IMG/VR virus record: IMGVR_UViG_3300043391_000006
Coordinates: 1 to 29,084 of that record
Length of the DNA stretch: 29,084 nt
Source of the DNA: a virus
Lineage: Duplodnaviria > Caudoviricetes
Reading direction: 5' to 3' (one strand)
In this document: in pieces, positions 8,717 through 15,416 of the stretch
How the letters are laid out: every line of letters begins with the position of its first letter
Numbering within the stretch: the stretch's first letter is position 1
Notes under the pieces: generated by a model
Told to the model about the DNA's origin: nothing
Seen by the model: only the letters and a program-made list of their open reading frames with translations
The model's database searches: none
Made by a program: the position numbers and the translations under genes

Positions 8717-10306
8717 ATGGCAACAAGTTACCAAGACCCATTTGGCGCAGCAGACTACTCGGCAGAGGGTACTCGCGGCTTGTTAGAGTTTTTGCGTGAT
8801 GAGTATCCAAGGGTTTATGGTGCTGGCGCTGGGTTATTGGGTAATACGCCATACGACACTGCTGATGCGTACAGCGTATTTGATCCAAAAAGACAGGCTG
8901 CATTTGATGCATCACAAGCCGCATTCCCTGTAGGCTTGGCGGCTGAAGTAATACCTGGCGTGCGTGCATTGAAGCAGCCAGCAATGCAATTAGGAAGAGC
9001 TGGTGAGAGGCTTGCAGAGCGCGTTGTGCCGCAAATCATGGATCGTGGCGGCATGAGTGCTGGCCTGCTTGGTGATTTGTCTCAAGGCACTAGAAGTCAG
9101 GTAATTGATCCATCAAAAATTAAAACATTCCCAAAAAGAATGAAGTACACCAATAAGGCCATCAAAGAAGGTGGCGATATTGCTGGTGCTACTGGTAAAG
9201 ACTATGAAGAAATATTTGCAAAAGCAACCAAAAAAGTAAAGAACAATGAGGCTGAAAATCTTCAAGAAGCATCAAAGCTGACAAAGCAAGAAGTACAACA
9301 AAGAAGAGAACTTGCAAACGCTGTACTTTCTCAGCCTGTTGAGAAGTGGACACCACCAGCAAATAGCTTGCTTGATAGATCGGTAATGCAATCAATTCCA
9401 AATGTTGGTGGGGTTGCTGGAATTCCACAAAATACCATTAATAGGTATGTTGGACCAAGAGCTGATGTAAGTTACTTAAACACTATTGCAGCTCCAGAAA
9501 ATATTGATCTTATTAAGCAAATGATTGACAGAGGATTAGGCGCAACAGAGGGCGGTTTTTATAAATCATTTCAACCAATGAAGGCCGCATTAGATGAATA
9601 TGGATATGCGCCTGATATATTTGAAAAAGGACTTGCATCTGGTAGCTTTGCATCTGCACGAAACAAAGTCGCTCAAGAAAATGCCATTGCTAGTTTCTTG
9701 ATGAATATGAATAGGCGTGGAGTAGACATTACTCCAGAAAATATTCTGAAAGAGCATGATGCTTTTAAAGCATTGACTGGTGGAGGCTTGTCCATGATGG
9801 AAGGACATACAAAACCATTTGCAAAATATCTTATTGAGGGATTTCCTACTGGTGAAAAAGATGTACAAAAAATTACATCATTCTTTCAAAATAAGTTAGG
9901 CAATTACCAGCCATATGTACTTGATACGCATGAAGCTGGAGGATTGCCATACGCGACTCCTTATGCGCCAGTTTTTTGGAAACAAGGCGGGTTTAAAGAT
10001 ACAGAGTATGGAACAGTTGAAAAGACAGCTCAAAATATTGCACAGCAAATGGGATTAGATCCAGGCATTGCTCAAGAGGGAAGATGGTTTGGCCTTGGTG
10101 AATTGACTGGACTCAAGACCGGCGGCGGTGATTGGTTAGACAATTATGAAAAACAAGCAGCTTATTCAGCTCAACAACTTGGTAGACAATTAACTCGAAA
10201 AGAGCAGCAAAAATATGTTGTAGATGCTTTCGCTGGGAAAGAGAGATTATTGCCTTGGTATAAAGACGAGCCAATACCTGATGTTCGCAGAGGTTTGCTT
10301 GATTGA
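8717..10306 (+). CDS. Putative virion-delivered effector: ejection-type N-terminus fused to an AT-rich HhH-GPD/DNA-glycosylase-like (DUF7178-like) C-terminal domain
   Basis: Last gene of the rightward block; N-terminal ~125 aa is GC-rich with GLL motifs; C-terminal region has KITSFFQNKLG...YVLDTHE...EYG..E...NIAQQMGLDPGIAQEGRW, resembling HhH-glycosylase-fold proteins (compare VDTH); ends RRGLLD*. Confidence 0.55.
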   Translation: MATSYQDPFGAADYSAEGTRGLLEFLRDEYPRVYGAGAGLLGNTPYDTADAYSVFDPKRQAAFDASQAAFPVGLAAEVIPGVRALKQPAMQLGRAGERLAERVVPQIMDRGGMSAGLLGDLSQGTRSQVIDPSKIKTFPKRMKYTNKAIKEGGDIAGATGKDYEEIFAKATKKVKNNEAENLQEASKLTKQEVQQRRELANAVLSQPVEKWTPPANSLLDRSVMQSIPNVGGVAGIPQNTINRYVGPRADVSYLNTIAAPENIDLIKQMIDRGLGATEGGFYKSFQPMKAALDEYGYAPDIFEKGLASGSFASARNKVAQENAIASFLMNMNRRGVDITPENILKEHDAFKALTGGGLSMMEGHTKPFAKYLIEGFPTGEKDVQKITSFFQNKLGNYQPYVLDTHEAGGLPYATPYAPVFWKQGGFKDTEYGTVEKTAQNIAQQMGLDPGIAQEGRWFGLGELTGLKTGGGDWLDNYEKQAAYSAQQLGRQLTRKEQQKYVVDAFAGKERLLPWYKDEPIPDVRRGLLD

Positions 10307-10309
10307 TAT

Positions 10310-10489
10310 TTATTCAAAATCAATAAAGAATTCCACATCTTCTTGAGCAACATTGCTGGGTATTGGATGCATACCCTTTGGCAGGGTTTCATATTTTGCA
10401 AACCATAAAACGGCATATTCATTAGCCAGCAAACTTTCCAACTTGTTTGTATCAATTTCATCCATTGATTTCGCGTTAATAATTTTCAA
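10310..10489 (-). CDS. Small acidic protein (59 aa), candidate antidote/inhibitor; absent from the ORF track
   Basis: MKIINAKSMDEIDTNKLESLLANEYAVLWFAKYETLPKGMHPIPSNVAQEDVEFFIDFE*; TTG start overlaps the upstream TGA (TTGA) with GGAG 7 nt upstream; alternative ATG at 10465; stop is 3 nt from the stop of the convergent 8717 gene. Confidence 0.7.
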   Translation of the reverse strand: MKIINAKSMDEIDTNKLESLLANEYAVLWFAKYETLPKGMHPIPSNVAQEDVEFFIDFE

Positions 10490-10857
10490 TTTGCTTCTCC
10501 AAACAGCGCAGCCACCAGCGGATCGCGCTTAATCTTCCACTTCTTTGCTCTTTCCTTGGCCATGCGAAAAGCATGATCGTCAAGGGACTCTTTGGACCGC
10601 CAGCGCTTAAGCCTCTCCTGTGATGTCATAGGCTTTGGCTTGACGGCGTCAGTGCCTATGCCATGCCGGTACACGGCCACCAGCACATTACCTGATCTGC
10701 GCCATTCTTGGATGTGTACAACGCCTTGCTGGCGCAGTTTGTTAATCAGCACCTGCGCCGACCTCTCACTGCAATACACCTTGGCGGCCACCTCTGGAGC
10801 CGTACAGCCAACGCGCTGGAGCAGATTGATGATGCGTGGCAGCCTGACAGATTTCAT
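10486..10857 (-). CDS. Early protein with an N-terminal HTH/winged-helix DNA-binding domain
   Basis: IINLLQRVGCTAPEVAAKVYCSERSAQVLINKLRQQGVVHI is HTH-like; basic C-terminus ending RDPLVAALFG. Confidence 0.65.
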   Translation of the reverse strand: MKSVRLPRIINLLQRVGCTAPEVAAKVYCSERSAQVLINKLRQQGVVHIQEWRRSGNVLVAVYRHGIGTDAVKPKPMTSQERLKRWRSKESLDDHAFRMAKERAKKWKIKRDPLVAALFGEAN

Positions 10858-10875
10858 TTATTCATATCCTTAAGT

Positions 10876-11058
10876 CTAGGTGCGCTGTGGTGTCTGCTCT
10901 GACTTAGGTAACGCTGCATCATTGAACTGGCAGCTCACAGTGCAGTTGTGGGGGTGTGGGCATGGTTGGATACCGGCAGCGCCGTCACACATCCTTTTAA
11001 TCCTAAATGGGCAATCTCTGCCTTGTCTACAGTTATGGTTGCAAGTTGGGCAAGTCAT
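10876..11058 (-). CDS. Small Cys-rich (probable metal-binding) protein
   Basis: CPTCNHNCRQGRDCP and CPHPHNCTVSC; ATGA overlap with the upstream gene; GGAG RBS. Confidence 0.65.
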   Translation of the reverse strand: MTCPTCNHNCRQGRDCPFRIKRMCDGAAGIQPCPHPHNCTVSCQFNDAALPKSEQTPQRT

Positions 11059-11231
11059 ATGCTTTTCTCCCTTTGAAATCTACTATCTTTTAAATATGAT
11101 CTCAGCCATTTACCTTTACCGAGTTTGACCCATTCTTTGTATTCACTCTCGGTCAACTTAGCGGATACGCCTCTGCCATTCTTGGTCATCTCTTTTCTCA
11201 GTCTTGGTATTGGTTTCTCTTGAATCATCAT
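11055..11231 (-). CDS. Small ribbon-helix-helix-like DNA-binding protein (58 aa; absent from the ORF track)
   Basis: MMIQEKPIPRLRKEMTKNGRGVSAKLTESEYKEWVKLGKGKWLRSYLKDSRFQREKSI*; strand-helix-G-helix pattern; ATGA overlaps at both ends; GAGG RBS. Confidence 0.65.
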   Translation of the reverse strand: MMIQEKPIPRLRKEMTKNGRGVSAKLTESEYKEWVKLGKGKWLRSYLKDSRFQREKSI

Positions 11232-11335
11232 TCAACCTCAAAATTTAAAAGCACCCACACAAAAACAAATATTGTGCCGAGCACAACAGCAATTGCAAAC
11301 AGGGACATAAGGACAAATATTAAGGCTGTTTCCAT
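11228..11335 (-). CDS. Single-pass membrane microprotein (35 aa; absent from the ORF track)
   Basis: METALIFVLMSLFAIAVVLGTIFVFVWVLLNFEVE*; GAGG RBS; its stop overlaps the next ATG. Confidence 0.65.
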   Translation of the reverse strand: METALIFVLMSLFAIAVVLGTIFVFVWVLLNFEVE

Positions 11336-11478
11336 TGTTTGGCCTCACTTGGTGGTGTCCATCCAAAGCGCCGCCAAGTGGCTTGCACATCAGTGGTCTT
11401 TGGATACTTCAGCTCTTTGGCAAAGGCACTTGGGAGCGTCACTGTCGTGCCTGCTGGTGGACGCCAATTGCCTGTCAT
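11320..11478 (-). CDS. Small hypothetical early protein (52 aa; absent from the ORF track)
   Basis: MTGNWRPPAGTTVTLPSAFAKELKYPKTTDVQATWRRFGWTPPSEAKQWKQP*; ATGA-coupled to the upstream gene; fills the gap exactly. Confidence 0.65.
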   Translation of the reverse strand: MTGNWRPPAGTTVTLPSAFAKELKYPKTTDVQATWRRFGWTPPSEAKQWKQP

Positions 11479-11744
11479 TTGCCTGCCGCCAGTAATTCCA
11501 TCTCAGCGTCTTTGAGGCGGTCTTGTATGCACTTCATTTCGTAGTCCAACTGGTCAATCTTGGCCTGCATACGCTGGCGTTGGAATGACTCGCCATGCGC
11601 CCATCCAAGCACTGTGCCGGCGGTCAGGGTCTTGCGGATGAGCTGCACCATCTCGTTGCGCGTCATTACGCCAATGGCCGCGTCTGTGGGCGGTGAGAAG
11701 CGCAGCACCTCGGCGTCTATCTCGTCTTGCATTTTCTTAGACAT
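11475..11744 (-). CDS. Hypothetical early protein with a C-terminal coiled coil (89 aa)
   Basis: Start moved to ATG 11744 (MSKKMQDE) because AAGGAG lies just upstream; heptad-like C-terminus. Confidence 0.7.
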   Translation of the reverse strand: MSKKMQDEIDAEVLRFSPPTDAAIGVMTRNEMVQLIRKTLTAGTVLGWAHGESFQRQRMQAKIDQLDYEMKCIQDRLKDAEMELLAAGK

Positions 11745-11991
11745 GATTCTCTCCTTGGGGTTGAGGGGTTGACCAAGCATGGACCAACAGCGTGGCGTTG
11801 TAGGGGATCGGTGTGATGGTGGACACAAACAGACCCTTACCGCGCTGCTTGCGTCCCCATGCGTCTATGGCATTGACATTCTTTAAGTCACCGCGCTTGA
11901 CGGCTGAGTAGACCTTGACGCGCTCAAAGCCGCCGTCTTCAAGCTCGGCCATGCTGCGCGGTTCTTGGCAGAAGTCTTGGAGGTCGGTCAT
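11737..11991 (-). CDS. Hypothetical early protein (84 aa), possibly winged-helix-like
   Basis: Start moved to ATG 11991 (MTDLQDFC), which overlaps the upstream stop (ATGA). Confidence 0.6.
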   Translation of the reverse strand: MTDLQDFCQEPRSMAELEDGGFERVKVYSAVKRGDLKNVNAIDAWGRKQRGKGLFVSTITPIPYNATLLVHAWSTPQPQGENHV

Positions 11992-12125
11992 GTTGACCAC
12001 CATGCGGCCAGCAGTACGGCCAAGCCAATGCCGATGATGACGGCCACAAGAAAGTCAAGGGCAGAGTCAGCGCGGCGCTCTAAGCGCCTTGCTTGCTCCA
12101 TGTAGGGGTGTTGGGTGTGGTTCAT
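11988..12125 (-). CDS. Small membrane protein (45 aa; absent from the ORF track)
   Basis: MNHTQHPYMEQARRLERRADSALDFLVAVIIGIGLAVLLAAWWST*; strong TAAGGAG RBS; C-terminal transmembrane helix. Confidence 0.7.
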   Translation of the reverse strand: MNHTQHPYMEQARRLERRADSALDFLVAVIIGIGLAVLLAAWWST

Positions 12126-12142
12126 GTTGTCTCCTTAAAGGT

Positions 12143-12158
12143 GGGGGCTTGCGCCCCC
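12143..12158 (-). promoter_or_regulatory. GNRA-tetraloop hairpin between early genes
   Basis: Minus strand GGGGGC-GCAA-GCCCCC with no U-tract, so more likely a stability, processing or attenuation element than a strong terminator. Confidence 0.5.
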
Positions 12159-12165
12159 TGGTTAT

Positions 12166-12438
12166 TTACTTGCGCTCTACTGTGCCAACCAATTCGCCAT
12201 CCATGATCAAAAACAAAATGTGTTTGGCAATGTTGAGTGTTTGGCGGCTGCGGTCTTGGGCGCAACCAGCAATCAATTCTTGTGCATCTGACATCAGGCC
12301 AGCTACCACCATGTTTGCGCCTGTGAATTTGTATGTGATGGATTCTTTGACCGATTCCACATAAGCATCAATATCAGCGACTCCATACATATTGATGTTG
12401 CGTTCTTCTTGGGCGGTTGTTTGTGTTGCGTTTGTCAT
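12166..12438 (-). CDS. First gene of the leftward early operon, hypothetical helical protein (90 aa)
   Basis: Start moved to ATG 12438 (MTNATQTT) with AAGGAG RBS, downstream of a sigma70 promoter. Confidence 0.75.
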   Translation of the reverse strand: MTNATQTTAQEERNINMYGVADIDAYVESVKESITYKFTGANMVVAGLMSDAQELIAGCAQDRSRQTLNIAKHILFLIMDGELVGTVERK

Positions 12439-12475
12439 TTGAAAATCTCCTTGGGGTTGCGTTGTTGAGGACTTG

Positions 12476-12503
12476 ATAATATCACGCATGACTAATTCGT
12501 CAA
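12476..12503 (-). promoter_or_regulatory. Leftward sigma70 early promoter
   Basis: Minus strand TTGACG-N16-TATTAT with an extended -10 TG (TGATATTAT). Confidence 0.7.
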
Positions 12504-12543
12504 CAACTATTATTTAGACCTCACAAAGTAGTCAACTATTATT
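12504..12543. repeat. 11-bp direct repeat CAACTATTATT, possible operator sites
   Basis: Exact copies at 12504-12514 and 12533-12543, within the divergent promoter region. Confidence 0.55.
12515..12542 (+). promoter_or_regulatory. Candidate rightward promoter for a short RNA
   Basis: TAGACC-N16-TATTAT. Confidence 0.45.
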
Positions 12544-12548
12544 GTTGT

Positions 12549-12617
12549 AAACTCAACAACGGCGGGTTTTCCGTCAGTTGCCTTTTGGGGGTTGGCTTGC
12601 GCTGACCCCCTTTTTTT
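12549..12617 (+). ncRNA. Candidate ~70-nt small RNA with two hairpins, the second an intrinsic terminator
   Basis: CAACGGCGG-GTTTT-CCGTCAGTTG, then GGGGGTTGGC-TTGC-GCTGACCCCC-T7; G-U pairs form only on the + strand; no ORF in the interval. Confidence 0.5.
12587..12617 (+). terminator. Rho-independent terminator
   Basis: 10-bp GC-rich stem, 4-nt loop, T7 tail. Confidence 0.85.
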
Positions 12618-12626
12618 GCTTTAAAC

Positions 12627-12656
12627 TTGACGCTTTCCACAAAACATGGTTAACAT
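12627..12656 (+). promoter_or_regulatory. Rightward sigma70 promoter, probably yielding a leaderless mRNA
   Basis: TTGACG-N18-TAACAT; ATG 12664 begins 7 nt after the -10 with no SD. Confidence 0.6.
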
Positions 12657-12663
12657 TCTTTAC

Positions 12664-12921
12664 ATGAAAACAGCAAAAGAAGTCATAAACGACATCAAAG
12701 ACAGAATCGAATTGACAGGCATGAAGATGTCTGATCTCTGCCGCGTCATGGATATTGATCAGGCTCAAATGTCTAGGTGGATTTCGGGAGCTACAGAGCC
12801 ACTTTACTCCACTGTAGTCAAGATGGAGTCTGCCGCCAATACCTTGATTCAAGCGCGTATGGATTATCTCAATACAAAAATGCAAGACCTCAACAAGGCC
12901 ATGGAAGAGGCCGTCAAATGA
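12664..12921 (+). CDS. Cro/XRE-family HTH transcriptional regulator (85 aa)
   Basis: MKMSDLCRVMDIDQAQMSRWISGATEP is a typical XRE HTH; first gene of the rightward operon. Confidence 0.8.
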   Translation: MKTAKEVINDIKDRIELTGMKMSDLCRVMDIDQAQMSRWISGATEPLYSTVVKMESAANTLIQARMDYLNTKMQDLNKAMEEAVK

Positions 12922-13388
12922 GCCGCGTCATAGGTATTGATTGCGGTCTAAGTGGCGCTATAGCCCTGCTAGAGCACGGCAAGATGGTGTCGGTACACGA
13001 TATGCCAACGCTTACCATAGAGTCAAACAAGAAAGCCAAGCGCCAAGTATCAGCGCCCATGCTGGCGGCCATCATTGCTGAGATTAAGCCAGATCACGCC
13101 TATGTAGAAAAGCCAGCAAGCCGACCTAGTCAGTCAGTCGTTGCCATGTTTGGCTTTGGTCGTTCACTTGGAGTAGTCGAGGGTGTCTTAGCAGCTCTCA
13201 ATATCCCTGTGACCTATGTTGCGCCGGCTACATGGACAAAGGCAATGGGTAAGCCTCAAGGCAAGGATGCATCAAGGCATCGCGCTATGGAGCTGTTTCC
13301 CGAGCACCAGCAGCTCTTCAAGCGGGTGATGGACGATGGCCGTAGCGAGGCGAGTTTGATCGCTGTATGGGGTATCAGACATGGATAA
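12918..13388 (+). CDS. RuvC-like Holliday junction resolvase (156 aa)
   Basis: Start at ATG 12918 (GAGG RBS, ATGA overlap); IGIDCG, YVEKP, FGFGRSLG, WTKAMG, DDGRSEA motifs. Confidence 0.88.
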   Translation: MSRVIGIDCGLSGAIALLEHGKMVSVHDMPTLTIESNKKAKRQVSAPMLAAIIAEIKPDHAYVEKPASRPSQSVVAMFGFGRSLGVVEGVLAALNIPVTYVAPATWTKAMGKPQGKDASRHRAMELFPEHQQLFKRVMDDGRSEASLIAVWGIRHG

Positions 13389-13611
13389 CAAAGAACGCCA
13401 GATCATGCGAGAGCACATCATCTACTTGGCAAACCAGTTGGAAGTGACACGCCGAGCCAATCAGCAGCAGATCGTCTTCATCAAGCGAATAATCGACCCC
13501 GAAGACCTTGGACACGCCGTCAGCAATGAATGCCGGCAGATCGCCTACACATTACTCATCAACAGCTCACACCAAGAAAGAGACTCATGGCAACATCAAG
13601 AAAACAATTAA
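13381..13611 (+). CDS. Hypothetical protein (76 aa)
   Basis: Overlaps both neighbours in the operon; helical composition. Confidence 0.65.
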   Translation: MDNKERQIMREHIIYLANQLEVTRRANQQQIVFIKRIIDPEDLGHAVSNECRQIAYTLLINSSHQERDSWQHQENN

Positions 13612-14714
13612 GACTCAGGCCAAGTGCAGCATCCCGCTGGATCGCCTGTCCTGCCAGCGCCAAGTTAAGTGCCTTAGTGCCTTACGAGCCATCAGGCGAG
13701 GCGGCAAAGATCGGCACAGCCATTCACGCGCTGGCCGAGACTTGCTTTCAGCTAGACACCGACCCCATCGACTTTGTCGGCCAAGAAGTTGAGGGCATCA
13801 CAATGACCGAAGAGAATTGCGACTTTGCCTTGGAGCACATCAAAGCAATATGGGCGATTCAAGATGAGGTGGGCAAAGATGGATTCATCAGGGTAGAGGC
13901 TGATGTAAAGCTCTACCACACCAATGATGTGCTGCTGCAAGGCACTGCCGATGTACTTGGGTTCTCAAACATCACAAAGAAACTCACAATCGCAGACTTG
14001 AAGACAGGCCGCGGCTATGTGGATGCTGACTCAGAGCAATTAAAAATATACGCACTGGCTGCTATGGCCTCGAAGATATTGGCACCAAAAGAGATTGAGT
14101 TTCAGATCATCCAGCCGCATCATGGAGAGAAGCGCATACATCGCATGAGTGCTGATGAGCTTGGTGTGTGGGAGACACAAGTGCTGTTGCCGGCTATAGA
14201 TGACGCCATCAGCGACAACCCTACATACAGGCCATCAGAGGCGGCCTGCCAGTGGTGTCCAGCCAAACACATATGCAGCGCACAAAAAGAGCAATTCGAT
14301 ATCGTGGCGGCGCAACCCGACATCACCATCATGTCCAAAGATGACATCAAAGAGGTGATGCTGTCTCTCACACCGGCACAAATTACCGCCATATTGGACA
14401 AAGCGCCATTGGTAGAAAAGTTTATTGAAGCAGTTAAAGAGCACGCCACCAAGCAGATGGAGGGTGGTGTCGTACTACCAGGCTGGCAGCTACAACCCAA
14501 ACGCGCCAGCCGCAAGTGGATTGACTCAACAACAGCGCGTCAGGCATTAACTGACGCTGGACTTACAGACTCACAGATATTTGAGACTGAATTAATTTCT
14601 CCTACGGCGGCAGAGAAACTGCTAACGAAGGAACAAAGAGTTATCTTGGACGATTTATGCGTCAAGGTATCAAGTGGACTCATGCTGGCAAAAGACCGCG
14701 GCTTGAGTCAATAA
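13587..14714 (+). CDS. DUF2800-like PD-(D/E)XK exonuclease (Cas4-like, Cys-liganded), recombination/replication
   Basis: Start MATSRKQ; PSAASRWIACPAS, GTAIHALAE, GTAD...IADLKTG, QLKIYA, ACQWCPAKHIC. Confidence 0.85.
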   Translation: MATSRKQLRLRPSAASRWIACPASAKLSALVPYEPSGEAAKIGTAIHALAETCFQLDTDPIDFVGQEVEGITMTEENCDFALEHIKAIWAIQDEVGKDGFIRVEADVKLYHTNDVLLQGTADVLGFSNITKKLTIADLKTGRGYVDADSEQLKIYALAAMASKILAPKEIEFQIIQPHHGEKRIHRMSADELGVWETQVLLPAIDDAISDNPTYRPSEAACQWCPAKHICSAQKEQFDIVAAQPDITIMSKDDIKEVMLSLTPAQITAILDKAPLVEKFIEAVKEHATKQMEGGVVLPGWQLQPKRASRKWIDSTTARQALTDAGLTDSQIFETELISPTAAEKLLTKEQRVILDDLCVKVSSGLMLAKDRGLSQ

Positions 14715-14749
14715 TGCAAACCCTGTAACTTTAGAAAGCAAAAAGCAAA

Positions 14750-15352
14750 ATGTTAAATCTCTCATCCGGTGGTGGTAATGGTAATTACATCCGATTCAGC
14801 CCACAAGCAAACGCTTGGACAAACAACCTAGGCGCTGAAATTCAATTGAAAAAAATCGTGTTTGACATCGATGCGGTGCAGACAGGCTGGCTCCAATTAG
14901 GTGTCGGCATACGCGACTGGCAACCCGACTCAGAGTTGGGTAAGAAAAGCGCACAGCCAACGCCTGACCACAAGCGCGGCTTTATCGTGACGTTCTACAA
15001 CAAAGAGATCGGGACTTGTGAGTGGAGTTCATCAGGAGTGGGTCCTAATATGGGCTTAGAGAAACTCTACACCGAATGCGCCTCACAGCGCGCCGCCAAT
15101 GCAGGCAAGATGCCAGTGCTGGAGTACACCGGCAGCAAGCTGGAGAAGATCGGCAAAGGCACTACACGCATCCCCAACTTCACCATTGTGAGTTGGATTG
15201 ACAAGCCTGCCGGCATGGGGCAAAGCGATGAGGAGTATGTGGCACAGGCAGTGGTGGCTCCAGCGCCAGCACCAAAGGCTGTGGCTGCACCAGCTCCAGC
15301 GCCTGCGAAGACAGTGATGGCTGCCGCCATTGAAGATGACGAAATGTTTTAA
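14750..15352 (+). CDS. Probable single-stranded DNA-binding protein
   Basis: Beta-rich core, Ala/Pro linker and acidic-aromatic tail (IEDDEMF); follows the DUF2800-like nuclease. Confidence 0.7.
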   Translation: MLNLSSGGGNGNYIRFSPQANAWTNNLGAEIQLKKIVFDIDAVQTGWLQLGVGIRDWQPDSELGKKSAQPTPDHKRGFIVTFYNKEIGTCEWSSSGVGPNMGLEKLYTECASQRAANAGKMPVLEYTGSKLEKIGKGTTRIPNFTIVSWIDKPAGMGQSDEEYVAQAVVAPAPAPKAVAAPAPAPAKTVMAAAIEDDEMF

Positions 15353-15368
15353 GTAGTAGCAAGTAAGT

Positions 15369-15398
15369 GCCGAGGTGTAACAACCTCGGCTTTTTTTT
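15369..15398 (+). terminator. Rho-independent terminator
   Basis: GCCGAGGT-gtaaca-ACCTCGGC followed by T8. Confidence 0.9.
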
Positions 15399-15416
15399 CC
15401 TCTAAAAAAATACAAC

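Noticed and set aside
10171-10461. 96-aa minus-strand ORF from the track
   Set aside because: It overlaps the 529-aa gene by more than 130 bp and has no RBS. The neighbouring frame (10310-10489) has an SD, a coupled start and a clean convergent stop.
12143-12158. Hairpin as an intrinsic terminator
   Set aside because: No U-tract follows on the transcribed (minus) strand; kept only as a generic structural element.
12574-12885. 103-aa minus-strand ORF as a possible CI repressor
   Set aside because: It is antisense to the Cro-like gene, crosses the promoter and terminator, and shows no HTH or peptidase motif.
12777-13388. Longer ORF-track starts (12777, also 13530, 16712, 12646, 12489, 12003, 11828)
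   Set aside because: The extensions overlap upstream genes or promoters; downstream ATGs have RBSs, stop/start overlaps or match the domain start.
13587-14714. Cas4-like nuclease as evidence of a CRISPR-Cas system
   Set aside because: No cas1/cas2 or array is present; the context (resolvase, SSB, primase-helicase) is the usual phage replication module.
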